NCBI RefSeq assembly: GCF_032062105.1
Contig: NW_026932328.1
Coordinates: 186,001 to 250,000, forward strand
DNA length: 64,000 bases
Reading direction: 5' to 3'
Source: Saccostrea cucullata
Lineage: Eukaryota
In this document: positions 13,928-28,176 of the stretch, piece after piece
How the letters are laid out: each line of letters opens with the position of its first letter
Numbering within the stretch: position 1 is the first letter of the stretch
Notes under the pieces: model-generated
What the model saw: only the letters and a program-made list of their open reading frames with translations
What the model was told of the DNA's origin: nothing
The model's database searches: none
Position numbers and translations under genes: made by a program

Positions 13928-13984
13928 CAATTAAAATATTTCAAAACATTACCCTCATGGATTTTACCTGAGTAAAACATTTAT

Positions 13985-15014
13985 ATTTTTCAGCTTCTTC
14001 TCAAATGAACCAATTTCAACCAAAAAAGCATCTATGGGTGAAGAAACAAAAATTGTGAATTTCATGGTCCCCACCCCCCTGGGGCCTGAGGGGTGGGGCA
14101 CTAAAATTATTGCAATCTTTAAAAATCTTCTTCTTTAGTCAAGGGCAAATTGCATGAATGTAATGAGCATTGTCCTCTACCAAAATTGGAAATTGTCCTC
14201 TAGGGTGGGGCTATATTTATATTGAAAATACACATTTTTTGAAAATCTTCTTTTGCTTCTGGGTATTAAATAAACTAACTGAGCACATAGTTATGATGAG
14301 CAAGGTTCCAGATTTGTGAATTTGATGGCCCCCAAATATGGATTATATATTTTTTTGAAAATCTTCTTCTCTGCTTCTGGGTATTAAATAAATAACTAAA
14401 CATAGTTATGATCAAAACAGATTTGTTAATTTGATCAGGGTTAGGGGTTTGGTGTTAGGGCGGGGCTCTATTGATTATATTAAAAATACATTAATTCTTT
14501 GAAAATATTTTCCTTTGCTTCTGGGTTTTANNNNNNNNNNNNNNNNNNNNNNNNNNNNNNNNNNNNNNNNNNNNNNNNNNNNNNNNNNNNNNNNNNNNNN
14601 NNNNNNNNNNNNNNNNNNNNNNNNNNNNNNNNNNNNNNNNNNNNNNNNNNNNNNNNNNNNNCTAGCAAAGTGTTTTTTTATGCCCCCAGGGTCAGAGGGG
14701 AGGGGGGGTTACATAAAAAAAGGAATAAATGCTTTGAAATCTGCTCTTTGGTATTAATCAACCATTTCATGATAAAATTTGCAAAATTTTGAAATATGTG
14801 CACAACTGGGTATAAAGTGGAAGTGCATTTTCTTTGTTACTCTGATCTATATAAGCATGCTAAGTTAATAATTATGATAAGCAATGGTGCCTCTTTCAAA
14901 ATGTGAATTATGAATTTCATGGCCTCTGGTTTAAAACAGGAACCATGTAATTTAATTGTTTGAAAGTTGTTACACAATACTCAGGTGACCTATAAGGCCC
15001 GTGGGCCTCTTGTT
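13985..15014 (-). mobile_element. HINE-type element carrying degenerate satellite-like central repeats
   Basis: Terminus reads aacaagaggcccacgggccttataggtcacctgagta on the minus strand; recurring aaaatcttcttc / tgtgaattt(c/g)atg units; interrupted by a gap. Confidence 0.65.
14531..14661. other. Assembly gap (131 N)
   Basis: Run of N. Confidence 1.
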
Positions 15015-15202
15015 TATACACATTTTTAGTTTTTCATGGATTCTAATAGAGCAAGGTTAGAATTTACCAAATATGGATTTTTTTTTAATAAATATAATAA
15101 ACGTTCAAAACATCTTTGAATCAGATTTTCACATTTCCAGCTTAAGAATCAAGGCCAACAACACATACATGAAAATATTTTAATGTGTATTATTATATTT
15201 TA

Positions 15203-15205
<3 letters not shown>

Positions 15206-15270
<65 letters not shown>
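15206..15270. repeat. (TA)n microsatellite
   Basis: About 32 perfect AT units. Confidence 0.98.
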
Positions 15271-15275
<5 letters not shown>

Positions 15276-17392
15276 TGAAATGAATGTATTAGATAAGATT
15301 TATAATAATCTTAAATAATCTTGCATAAAATGAAAAAAATTAACCTCATTTTTTAAAAAGAAATGTTTTCTTTTATTTATGATCTATATTTGTTTTTTAA
15401 AAAATTAATTTATATCTAATTAACCTTAAAATTTAAAAGTACATAATGTAGAGAAAAATATTTCTCCAAGACTTGTAGATGCCATTGATAGCGATACATG
15501 TATAATGCTTATTGCTTTTATTTATCAATGCATTGGAACTGAAGTATAACATATATGTTTGCATGATGACAAGGGTAAAGATTATAATAGTAAGATATTT
15601 TATCTGGTCTCATATCTTCTAGAAAAGATGTACTTTTAGGTACAGGTGTAAAATGTACAAAGTCATTGGAAGAGGTCACACTTTTCGTCATGAAAGTTCA
15701 TACCTAATGCATAGCTAATACTTAATAACTGCAGACAAGTCATTAGTTTGGTATATATAGAACATATTAATTCATACCCCTGCTTCTAAATATAATGGTT
15801 GAATGAATAAAATATTTCATCTAAAATGTCACTCCAAGTCTAATAAAATGACACAGATATATAACCTGTGAAACTGATCATATAAATCAGTTTCTCTTGC
15901 GATTCAAAATTTGTAACTGTCAATACTTATTAATTAAAACAATTTAAACAATTCATAAAAATTAAAAACAAATACTATACCTAATAACTAAAAACCTTTT
16001 GGGATAATTGATGTATGAATGCAGGAACCAGGTAAAAAATATTAACTTTATTAAATAAATTTTGCAGGAATTCGTTAGTCTAAGTAAATTATTAAAGTTC
16101 ATGCTATTAGATTTCACCAATGTTATAAAAACTTTTTTACAATGACTTATTAATCGGCGACGAGTTTAAAAATTGAAAAACAAAATCATTATAATTATAA
16201 CATGAGTTTTGAAAAACAAAATCATTATAATTATAACATGATTTCTTACAAATCTTTAGACAAAGATATTTTTAGTCGTATGCCACATGACGTGTCATAT
16301 TCAACCTTTGACATAGACCCTTATAAAAATGGCTGACAAGTGAAAATGAGCAAGTTGACGCATATGTAGGACATATCGATATTAAGGTGCATAAAGGGGA
16401 AAAGTGTATTGATTTTTATTTTACATGACATATGTTATAATATAAGCTACAACAAATTATGCCCCATTATTGATATTTTTGATGCATTTTTATTATTATT
16501 TTTCATATTTATCGTAGATTTTCAGGATATAAAAACAGTGAGTATTACAATTAAATTTGTTTATTATAACGCAGAAAGTTTTTATAGTAATGGAGGAGGG
16601 ATAGTAACGGAGTAAGGGCACTAGGTGATGTAAATGTATATGGGAAAACATTTTCAAATGTAAATATAAAATTATGACAAACTATGAACCACAATTTTTG
16701 TAGACAAATTTGTGGAACAATGACAGTATGGTTCCCTGACTTTGATATAACACATCTAAAAAGATCTCGCACAGTCTTAACTCTAACTGACTTCTGTCTA
16801 AGCAGGCCTTAAGTTTTATTCATGTGTTCCTGTGTTTAGGCAATAACACATTTTGAAGGCTTTATGTATGACCCAAAACTAAGAAAAAGCAACTGTATAT
16901 AAAGTGTTGATGCATGAATGTAAACATCATATTCGTATGAGATCGTCTAAAAGATGAACCTCTTACATACTAACATATGAGAAAATGGTCCTTTTCTTTC
17001 ATTTTAATCATGTACCTTAATTGTTTTCCTTATTAATTTTGTTAAGCTTCTAAAACCTAAAAATAAAAAATCTAAGTCGTAGTATTTGTGAATGCATTGT
17101 TAAAATAGCATTTCTTGCTGTCGCTTAGTTTTGCTGCAAGCTAAGTATCTGAGGTGAAGCAAACTGGTTGGAGATTGATTCGTCATGCAGATTCATCTAG
17201 CCACAAGCAAAGAGCAAAAGTTCATATTCAAGTGCACGATTGCCAGAATTAAGTGAAGTAAAGGTAACGTTTTCTAACATTTGTAGCAATTTCATAACTA
17301 CAATTGTCAATTCTTTAATTGTTCTATTATTTCTATGAAAGAAATATGTGGAGATGAACAGAATTCGAGCTCAAAAGTTCATTAAATATCAC

Positions 17393-17462
17393 AAAATAGG
17401 AGAGGAGTAAACACGGACGTCAAAAACATCAGAGTTGGGATCAGGTGCCATGGAGGAGTGAA
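17393..17462 (-). mobile_element. Naiad/Penelope-like 3' module fragment
   Basis: Reverse complement of the module at 50900-51010 (gggatcaggtgccatggaggagtga). Confidence 0.75.
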
Positions 17463-17926
17463 CAAAATATAAAAAGGAAAACAGCAATATCTTAAATTTA
17501 TATTTGTAAAAACGAAAACTTTACAATTTTCATTTTCAACTAATAATTAAATTTGAAATATAAATTAAGAACACTTATGTAGTTTATTTTCTGGACATTA
17601 TGATTAGTTTTGTGCGTACAACCCCCTTCATTTCGTCCAGCATTTAAAAAACGTGCAAGAAAGTCATATATTTATTAAGCTAGATTAAAGATGAAAGAAA
17701 AAATATCTTCAGCTTCCCTTTCTTGTCAGTAGCGTTCATAATTGCCACGACTCCACCATCATACATATACCTCTAGGTTGCTTTTCTTTTTGAGGTTTAC
17801 TTAAATGATAATTAACCCTAGGATAAGTAATTATTTACGTTCACTCAGGCGAAGTTGGACCAGCTGGCCTTCACTATTTAATCCAGCAATTTTTGTAAGA
17901 CATGCTTTTTTCATAACACCTTGGCC

Positions 17927-19465
17927 ATGGGCATCCAGTGTTTAATTTGTTGTCTCTTGCTGGTGCTTCCCAGTATCTACGGATTTTGTTTTTCTACGTT
18001 TGGAAGGGTCGATATAACAGGTTTAGTATCTTCTTATTGAACAACACTTAATTTTTTTTTTATTAAATATTCATTTGATTTTGGTGTTTTGTTAACTTTA
18101 ATTTGTATTTTATATTCCTTCAATTTCAGAATCTCAATCAAAATTGTTTATAACTTACAAGTATTTTTATAACTGTTATAAATATATCAAAAAATGATAA
18201 ATCGTGTTCTTTCTTTTTAACACAAATACTCTGAGAGATTATTATTTTTATAACAATATCAATGTTCTTATTAAAACGACAAAATTTCTCAAAGTGAAAT
18301 TTATCATGCTGGTTTCAACGAAATAATTTTTAAAAAAAATGTTTTGTTCCAATTCATTGTGTTCCCTCAAAATGAAATTTTGAATCTGTACCTGCAAGGG
18401 TAGTACTGTTATTATCTTGGTAATTACACGTTAAAAATGCTGGCGATGGATTTCTGTAAAAATAACCATGAATAAAATTTGCAATTTGAAAAGAAATTAC
18501 TCCAAAATACATTTTAAAGCGAAAGTTTTAAGATGAAACATATGGAGATAACGAAAATCAAAAGTTTATAGAACAATACAAAATAGGAGCAGAGCAACAC
18601 TGACGAAGATATAACTTCTTATGTTTTCATAATAGACAATAAATTAATTTGTAAGAGAATATAAAAAAAACAATAACCGTGTTGTTTATTTTCAGCAACT
18701 GGGCGGAGGGTTCCAGTATGTGAATTTAATGGTATTGACTTTCTAGATGGCTCAAAGTTCACGACAACGGGCTGCAACGAGTGCGAATGCAAAAAGGGTC
18801 ATTTACATTGTTGTGGGTAGGTCCGACATTCCGCTCAGAAAACAGTTATTAAACTTTGCATGTTTGTTTTGATAGATAGAAACCATTGGGTTTTTTTTTC
18901 ATTTGGGTAAACTTTTTATTTCAGCATTGGTACAAATGCTGGTGTAATACAACCACCTCCAAACTGCAAAATTTTGAAGGACGGTTGTATAGCGAGAGAG
19001 GTTCGGATATCTGACGAAACACTTGACTGTGTTACCGGAAAACCTTATCGAAACGATACTGGGGAAGTATCATTTCCTACAGGCGCCACGCCTTTACAAG
19101 CAGGTTCTCCCACAACAACTGACCCGATAGGAGGTGTAGCTGTGGGTCATATCCCACATCCAAGCCTCTCCAAATCCACTGTCAATTCTATTCCTAATGA
19201 TGTGGCAACCTTAGAGAATATTTTCAATACTATTGCTAACAATGCCCAAAATGGAAAACGTACTTCTTTTGATGACCTGCTTCGAGACATATCGTCCAGA
19301 AAATCTCTGATGCAATCCAATGTTGTTTATCCCAAGTTTCCAAAATATCCACGGGTTCCATCTACTCAGTACTCAAATTCTTTCCAATTGTTTGATCCAT
19401 ACACCACTAACGACGCCATGTCAAACTGGTTAATGTACAATGGAATCATGGATGGTGGATTCTAG
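17927..19465 (+). CDS. Beta-microseminoprotein (PSP94)-like secreted protein A, 251 aa, with C-terminal extension
   Basis: Exons 17927-18020, 18696-18816, 18925-19465 (intron phases 1, 2; GT-AG). Signal peptide MGIQCLICCLLLVLPSIYG, then 10 Cys in the PSP94 pattern C..C..CxxCxC..CC..C..C..C; TATA-like tatttaaa at 17875. Confidence 0.85.
18539..18605 (-). mobile_element. Naiad-like extreme 3' end fragment in intron
   Basis: atatggagataacgaa...aacaatacaaaataggagca matches 28214-28265 and the reverse complement of 50995-51056. Confidence 0.65.
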
Positions 19466-20344
19466 ATGACATTGATAACACAGAAACATTTGAAGTAGGC
19501 GAGATCGGTTTCTTGTTATCATTTTATAATCATTACTTCAACTGTACAGAAACATACAGGTAGTTGTAGCTCAGCTGGACTGAATATTCTGAGACACTGA
19601 CCAATGAAAACATTTCAACTAGATTGATGTATAGGATTCTGATGACTTGTTACATAGTTAAATTACGTGCTTACAAGTTTGAAATAAAAGTTTACCTCGA
19701 GAAAAATATATTGTTGAATGGTAAGCCTGAAATAAAAGTGTTTCCATATGAAAAAAAACTTACTTTATCGAAAGATCGTTTAAGATGTATTTGCATAGAA
19801 AAATTGAATCTTAATTTATTTGTTTTATATAACGTTTCTATGAATATTATCATTAAAGAGGTTTATATAATTTTATGATTTTAGTAAACATTCATGATTT
19901 TCTAATTCTTTATGTTGGTTCTTCTTTTTCAAATTTAGCTGATTTCATCTTAAGAAAGTTGTTGCACTTGTCTTCAAGCCAAGTCACTTTTACAGTCCCT
20001 TCTGTTGTTTTCTATGGTGCTGTTCTGTTGCAACTCTTCTGATATAATCTGGGTGAATGAATTCTCCTAGATTTTTCCTTACCCAATTGGATAAATATAT
20101 ATATTAACTTTCAATTTCATAGGATGACATACTATTTGATCATGCGAGTCTTGGAAAAATATCATTGTTTTATTCAGCCTAGGTTTTGCCCTTAATTTCT
20201 AAAAGAAACAGTATGTCTGTCTTCTGTATATTTATCTGTAATTATGTTGATAAAAATCAAATAACGATCCGTAGTCATGCTCTGTCCAATGAATCATAAA
20301 AATATTGAAATCAAAGCAAATATCCCTGAATATATCTTATCTCG

Positions 20345-21375
20345 GATTGGATGGCAAGGAGGAATATAAAATATAAAACAGATGAGTCAGACTCCACAGG
20401 ACATTTCGTATCGACATAAGAATGGAAATCACCATTGCTAATTGACAATACATGTACGTCGTCGATATATCTAAATGTCGAGTTGATGGCCAAAGCAAGT
20501 GTTTTATTCTTTTCAAGCATAAGATGTTGCAAAAATTCTGATTTATATTGATACAAAAATATATTTAGGTCTGCTGATAACAGGGCGCAATTGGTACCCA
20601 TGAAAATTACAGTCGATTGTTGGAAGACCTGGTCTCCAAAACAACATAGATATTGTCAATGACAAACTCAAGCATCTTTTGATGTCAAATTCAGAGTTGT
20701 TGTGTGTACAATCAGAATGTTTTTAACAAAATAATTTTGCAAATGACCGTTGACAAGGTAATTAAATTTACGAGTTCCATTTTTATTGAAAAAGCAGCTG
20801 TTAATATCAAAAAGCCTGGACTTTAATCTATCGTGGGGAATGGTTGTTTATAAAGTTGAAAAGTCGTAAGTTTTTAAGCAGTTGATTTTCAAAAAATCTT
20901 GTGATTTCAATTTGTCGAAAAAAATCCTTGAATTTTTTAAGTATCCACATCTGATTAAAACCACCTTTTGAGTATATTGTTGCACAGTACTCTTGACGTT
21001 TCTCCTTCACTTCTGTTAATATTTAAGTAAAGAAAGAGGCTTGATTGAATATTTACTGAAACCCGCAATGTATCTTTGTTTGTAAGGATTCTTATGAAGT
21101 TTCCGAATCCAAAATTTATATGGTAGTTCAAATTTATTTTGGTATTTAGAATATTGAAAACATTCAAAACTGACATATTATTTTGAAGAATTTCTTTCTT
21201 AGAAACTTAGGGAACCATGAGTATACGTTGAATTATTACTTGTAGAATTAAAACCAAGTTCTTCTAAAATACAATTTATGTAATGAGCCTTACAAACGAA
21301 GACAATGTTGTTATCTGCTTTGTCAGCAGGGACCAGTATGTACTGATCATGTAATCTATCTACTTCTTGTAAAAT
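20345..21375 (-). mobile_element. Degenerate Naiad-type Penelope-like RT fragment
   Basis: MGTNCA, NSTFRYIDDV, NQMWILK and PADKADNNIVFVCKAHY in broken frames. Confidence 0.85.
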
Positions 21376-23104
21376 TTTGCTAAATTTATTGTTTGTATGG
21401 ATTTTTATGACATTCTAGACCCCCTATGAATATGGTTATTCGAATTAAGTTTAGTTGTCTAGAACTTTGAAAATATATAATATAAACATATAATTTTAAA
21501 ACGTTATTCTCAAAGTTGGATTACTAGGTGTGGAAGGAAATACTTTTAAAATGCCATTTGTATATGTAATATAGATCCAAGCAAAATTAAATAAACTGAT
21601 GCGTTATGCTTTGTTATCGTCCATTTGGAGAACAAATACAGATCATTTTCAACATATCTTTTTATCCTCTCAGACAACCGTGACGTGTTATTGCTTTCTT
21701 TGTTCTTCTCTATTGGCAGTATTAAGCTTAGGAAGAATTCAAAATACTTCTGAACTTCACATCACCCGTAAAGATGTGTCCTGAGAGACTACAGCTGAAA
21801 TAAAATGAAAATGTCATGAAGGAGGATTTTGCTTCAGATGGTCGTATAGCTAGTAAAGATACCTTCTCATTTTTTGTTGGTATTTTGTCTTTTTTGAAGT
21901 ATTAGTAAAAGATTATTAAACTTTTAATGAAAATTAAACACGTGAACCAAATAAAATTTAGTGGAAATGGGTGTTATTAATTTTTCTTTCCAAATAAACA
22001 ATATATTGATTTAAGTTGAAATTTTATATCCTTTATAATTAATTTTGAATATGCTAATCGAACATAAAGAATGGATTACATAGGGAATATTAGATTATTT
22101 AACAAATATTGATAAAAACAGAGGTTCTTTTTTGTAAGTAGAAAGCTGATATTCCATAAATGTGCAGCCTTACTCATTAATGTAGACACTTTTAATCACA
22201 TCGGACAAGAACGGGTGTACTTGTAGTCTAATGAGGGTAATTTATTTTTAAAAAATCTTGTTTTTATGACAACATTTATAAATGTTAACACTTGCAAAAA
22301 GTAATCTATAAATCAAATGATGAAACAATAAATACAAAAAACGTTTTAAAAAATTATGCCTCAATCTCAATCTCAAGGTTTTTCTTAATATGATTTTCAG
22401 TTAAAGAATTCTTTATAATAATTTTTTTATGTAATTATATAATGTTCATTTTTTTTTTACTTAATTACATTCTTAAAAGTAGGTATTAAGCGGTCCATAA
22501 AAGGATTTATTTTTTACCTTAAAATGCAACAGCAAAAATTTACGAAAAACTATCGATTTTTGACGGTCAGACATCCATTTAATTTTAAAACATGTTTTTG
22601 TTTATTTACGACAAAATCATACATATTTTCATTTGAAGTGCAATTATTAGACATATAGATTATCATCTATAAAGTACAAAATCTACTACATAAGAACATA
22701 AAAATAGTCACATTATAACCTACTATTACGTAACACTGGGAATTAATGTGTAGTTGCCAGTCGTGCATTGTGTCGTCGATCACGACAATTGCTGTCAATC
22801 TACATGTAACAGACAACTTTTACAACCTCTGTAATTGTTTTAATGTATTGAACGAACATTACAGCACTTTGTAACCTTATTCAATCAGATGTTGGAGAAT
22901 ATATAAAATATCTATTGAAAAAAGTATTAACGGACTAAAAAAATCAAAAGAATTGAAGATGTATAACAAAAATGTTATGTTAAGAATCGTGCATGTTGTG
23001 TTTGAGAAGCTGATGAGGGGAGTGCCATATTTTGCCAGAAGGGACATCCTAAGGTGCGTCCATTGTATACCGACCGATGTATGAGGATTCTTCATTCCAG
23101 CAAG

Positions 23105-26100
23105 ATGAGTCAAACAGTAAAGTTCGGATGGATTTGGATTTTAGGTTTTCTGTTTGCAATAGTTGTCTATGTTCAGTGTTCTTGCACTGTAACACCCGCC
23201 AAAATTGAGAAAACATGTGAGTATTATATGATTATCTTAAATTAATGCATTATAAGCGCCTTAGGCATAAGCTATCATTTTGATGGCATCAAAATATTTC
23301 TCTAGAAATAAACTTCTTTGTGTTAACATTTGGTTTTGTTAACTTCGTGTTCCGCTCAAATTTATTATTTGCAGCGTAATTTTTTACAAATGTTAAAAAC
23401 AATGATATATTTCTCATACTGGTTTCAAATTACTTTCAGTATTGAATGTTTTATTTTTGAAATGCAGATACTGGTCGTGTAAGACACTACTGTGTACACA
23501 ATGTCACCAATGGAAATTCCACCGTCCAGATTGACCTCTTGCTGGATTCAAAATTTGAAACACGTGATTGTCAAAGATGCACATGCACTCGCATGGGATT
23601 AAGTTGTTGTGGGTAAGGTATTCAAATATTCAATTAAAGTTGATTTTAATCAACTCTATAGTATTATTTGGGTCATAACTGATCTCAGAATACGGTAATG
23701 AATTGGTGTACGTATAATTTTGGCAGATCTACTTATTAATAATATACATAAGTATCCTTTTACCACCAGCCACGCCGGAGCCCATTCTATCAAATGTAGT
23801 ACTAACAAACATAAATAATAAATGTAAATAATTTATTTCCGTTAGCAAAATACATCTAAAATATGCAGGACTATTGCAAAGCCTTTTACGGTGTTAGAGT
23901 TTTTTTTCCAAATAAATGGAATACTACAGTATCCATCCTATGTTCTTAGAATTAAGAATATGTATGAAATCAATTCGAAAGACAAACGATGACTTACTTA
24001 ATTTACATAAAATAGTGTCAAAAAATTTCTTTGTTCCTATATTTTTTTAAAAATATCTTTTAAATGAAACCTCTTGAATTAATTTTTAAAATGATTTCTG
24101 CTTGTAGTTTGCGTAATCAGAAGTTTCGATTCCCGTTTCCTGCGCCGCATCAGAACAGAAATATAAAATGTTTTTCGCTAAGCGCAACATTAGACGTGAA
24201 AGTCACGGGTCATTAAGAGCTTAAAAAAAATCAATGCCACGTTTATTGTAGGTTAGTAAAATAAAGATCCCTGGAGTGCTGAACATACATCTAAATCTAA
24301 ATTTGATTCCCGTCACTGGTACATGGCGACGTCTCTGTATGGAAAGGGACGAACAATTGTAACAACATACTATCAATTTACTTATGTTTCAAATGGGTAC
24401 TGTTCTGGTTTACTGCTTTCTGAAATTCAAGAAATCTAGCTATATTTTCGAGATGTCATAAAAGTTTCTTTTATGTTATTTTACACAAGTGAACAATTAT
24501 GTGTACCGAACTGGAAGGGTTAAGCATACCTTCTTTTTACTTTCATGCATATTCAAATATAAAGCAAGGTGACAAACCAAATTGCGAGCATCATATATCA
24601 ACATGTAAAAGCAAAAATTACTATATATCGTATATTTTTTTTATTATGCATGTGTATCAAACAATTTCGAAATTAACAGAGACACGAGTACAAAATAAAA
24701 ATCACATTAAAATTTGTAAGAATCCAGGGTTTTTCATTAATAATAATGAGGATAATACACTGATTAATTTTTCTGGAATTAAAAAATGAATTTTTCAACT
24801 GTTGAAATGTATTTTAATGTTTTGAGGATGCAAAAATTTTATTATAATGACAAAAACATATTATACATATACGTTAAATTGGTACGCTTCTTTCTTTGGT
24901 GAGGACTAGAATATATGTGTATCGAATTTGAACTACCTTTTTTGTCGTATTTTTAAAACCATGCACATACATATATATTACTTTTTTAAATCACAATTTT
25001 TGTATGAAATGCATTTTGGTTTACTAAAAAAATCCTTTCTAGTTCAAAATAGGTATTTTAAGACTTTGCGAGTGCACATTGAACAACATAATAAATTTAA
25101 TGTTTTTGTGCAGACAGTATGACATTTATATTGAAGATTAATATTGTCCGAGCTCTTCACCCCAGGGTCTACTTATCAATTTCGGACAAGACTTTAATCA
25201 GGCCACCTGACAATTGACAAGGACGTGCAGAGGGCACACGGTGACCTGTCATCGCTGCATACTTCTACCATCACCTGGCCCCGCAGACATACTAAATATA
25301 CTTAATAAACGCTTTATTATTTTTTATTATTTAATTTGAAATTATACATCCAAAATTAACATTGGCCGTATTTGATCCTGTTTAAAAATATCGAATACTT
25401 TCCATGTGCATTATTATGCAATTTACACAACATTATGAAATACATTTGCTATTCGGAGAAAAAAAAATCGCTAAACATATTAAATATCAAGTATATTATG
25501 GCTAAGAATATAACATATTTCTCTGATTCACATTAATAAATTAGAGGTACTGTAATTGAATGAATCAATCAGTGATTTAGATAAGAGGATTTTTAAAGGG
25601 TGGTAAAATTTTTTTTAAATAAAATCTCTTTCAGGTATGGAGTAGCTTCTAACGAACCTATCCACGTACCAGAAGGCTGTCATCCAGTGGAAGACGGATG
25701 CCGGATTGCCTTGATTTCCAACATTGATAATGTAACGGACTGTTACAGTATCGGACCACCGGCTGCCGAGCGCCGCCAACAGGAAATGATGAGAGATATG
25801 GCAAGGAGTATGGCGCACCAACAATACCCACAGGCAATGCAGTACTGGAGGGGACTCAATCCACCCCGAATTCACCCGATGGCGGCACTTTTTGGAGCAG
25901 GAAGGCGAGGACCAAACGGTCGTCCGGTAGAACAGCCTGAGGGCCTGATGGAGTCCTTCCTGTTGATGAGTATGTTTGGCGGTGGTGGAATGGGCGGAAG
26001 TGGTGGGCCGGGTTCACAGGGCACTGCTTCCCCTGGGGATCCTATTGGACATATGGGAGACGGAGGGCAAAGTATGGGCGGACTGGGATTGGGATTAGGT

Positions 26101-26169
26101 GGGATGGGTGGATCTTTTATGGAATCCCCATTAGGAATGAGTCTTCTATTTTCGTCTTTCATGAGTTAG
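23105..26169 (+). CDS. Beta-microseminoprotein (PSP94)-like secreted protein B, 263 aa, with Met/Gly-rich tail
   Basis: Exons 23105-23216, 23468-23612, 25635-26169 (phases 1, 2). Hydrophobic signal peptide, SCTVTP, DCQRCTCTRMGLSCCG, PEGC..DGC..DNVTDC; 10 mature Cys. Confidence 0.87.
24110..24365 (+). mobile_element. Degenerate tRNA-derived SINE (Meta-SINE-like)
   Basis: B-box-like ttcgattccc followed by a gtgaaagtcacgggtc...taaagatccct core resembling mollusc SINE cores (recognised from memory). Confidence 0.45.
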
Positions 26170-26669
26170 AGAAGTGATATTTATTTCCTCAGTCGATCTG
26201 CATTTTGTTTCAATTCTGCTGTTGCCATATTGTTGTTGTAACCGAGATTTTCGCAAACTTTCTTAGGCTTATTCTTTTTAATCTGAAGTCTTTAACAATA
26301 TTTCAAATCAGTGAGATTGTCAAAATCAGAACTGAAAATTGGTTACATATTTTCTATGACATCAATATGTTTGTTCATGGTAAAATATTAAATATTAATT
26401 TAAAAAATAATACTAAATCTTGTTATAACATTTATTTGCATAGAGAACAAGCTTGTCGGGTTCGGCTTTGATATTTATTTTGTTTTGTGTTGCCTTTTAT
26501 TTATTGCACTATTAATAAAAGAAATATTCCTTATATTGCTTTACTTTTTCCACTTCATAAACATTATATTCATAGTACAGAAGCCTCTCTTGTACACATA
26601 ATATTTCACAGATCTATTTCTATCCCCAGTTTGTTTCACATTAAAGATATATCTTTCTGAAGATAAATG

Positions 26670-27631
26670 CGAGGGGTGATCAAAAAGTTCGCAAACTATC
26701 TCTATATCTACAAAACCACAATTCAGATTAGAATGAAATTCGGTACACACATAGCCATACGCAAGGTCTATAAGTAGCATATGCTGAATAAAGTTTCTCT
26801 CCTTGTTTGTGGCGTCACAATGTGAAAATGACGTCACTATTTAGGTCACTTGTGACGAAAAATGGTTGTCTCAGTCGAACTAATTCAACAAACGACTGTA
26901 CAATTTAATGTAATATCTTAGAAATCCCTCTACAGTATCATATAATAATTTGTACACAGTTTATTGAGATAAATGAGTTCCTATAAATTCAATTAATGAT
27001 TGGATTAATCGTTTTAGTGAAGGAAGGCTGATGGTTAAAAATGATACATGTCATCTTGCCCAGTGAAAGCAAGTTTGAAAAGATATGTATTTTTAATTAA
27101 GCAATTTGCTATCAAAGACCTCCAATTAGCACTTTGAAAAATAGTTGAATATTTGAACAATGATATAAGTATTAAATACCTAAGATATCGTTTACTTTAG
27201 ATTTTAAACATATTAGATATGATAAAAAGGATGTACCCATTCTCTATCCACCTTGAATAAAGGTCTCTCCTGAGACAGAAGATTTGTGTTTTAATGGTCG
27301 CCATGCTTATTTTCGGAAAGGATGTTATTATCCACCCATTCTGTTGCCGAGATATGACCATTTCTGACAAATTAACTGTTCTTGTCATAAAAATTAACTC
27401 ACATGGAAAGAAATATAAAAATCGGAAAAATCTTTTAACTTTTGTGATAGAACGCTACGGAGGGGGTCACGTAACCGCCAATATCACGTGATTCGCGCAT
27501 GCGCAGAACGGTGGTTGATGTGCATTAAAATCGGGGAGGATCAATTTAAGATATAATCAACATTAAAACCAAATATTGTTTCTTGTATGGAAGTTATTCC
27601 ATTAGTTTGCGAACTTTTTGATCACCCCTCG
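26670..27631. mobile_element. Non-autonomous Tc1/mariner element
   Basis: Perfect 29-bp TIR cgaggggtgatcaaaaagttcgcaaacta; TA at the right flank, TG at the left flank. Confidence 0.88.
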
Positions 27632-27654
27632 TAGAGTGCATAAATGTTGCAATC

Positions 27655-27790
27655 CACAGATTGAACTCAGATTAAAGTGTAAAATATGCAGATTAACGTG
27701 TAAATTTTACAGATTTAAGTGTGAATTTTACAGATTAAAGTGTACAATTTACAGAAAGAAATTGTAAATTTTACAGATTAAAGTGTAGAA
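27655..27790. repeat. ~21-bp minisatellite (acagattaaagtgtaaatttt), ~6 copies
   Basis: Visible periodic repeat. Confidence 0.85.
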
Positions 27791-27819
27791 ATTCATACTG
27801 TGATCCAGAAACGTGGGGT

Positions 27820-28176
27820 ATACACAGGCAAAAGTGGCTCGCATAAGTTTATATGAAATAATTTGAACTTCATACGAATTCTTTACACCAGAAAGAGACG
27901 AAAAACAGGACACATGAAAATCGTTATAGATATATGTGAAAACTCGAAGAAATTTTGCCATAACTTTCATGTAAATTTTACGTGAAGAGCAAATCACATA
28001 GATATCGACAAAGAAAAGTTCCAATAAAAATTATAAAAAAAATATTATGTGAATTTTGTACAAATACTATTCACAGGGTAAAATACCGTATTTTATATAA
28101 TTTTTACATGATTTTTGCATAATATTGTCAAATAAAAAGAAAATAACATGAATATAACTGTGAGCCACTTTTGTGT
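27820..28176. mobile_element. Probable MITE
   Basis: Imperfect TIR tacaca(ggc)aaaagtggctcgca / tgtgagccacttttgtgta. Confidence 0.5.

Noticed and set aside
13670-14792. ORFs containing X runs
   Set aside because: Artefacts of assembly gaps.
16174-16241. Small tandem duplications (also ~9776-9867 and ~39986-40026)
   Set aside because: Ordinary local slippage or duplication with no sign of function.
17140-17270. Possible upstream non-coding exon (donor-like aaag|gtaacg; similar site near 37672)
   Set aside because: Cannot be linked to a gene without transcript data.
25615-26162. Minus-strand Pro-rich ORFs
   Set aside because: Antisense shadows of the Gly-rich exon of PSP94-like gene B.
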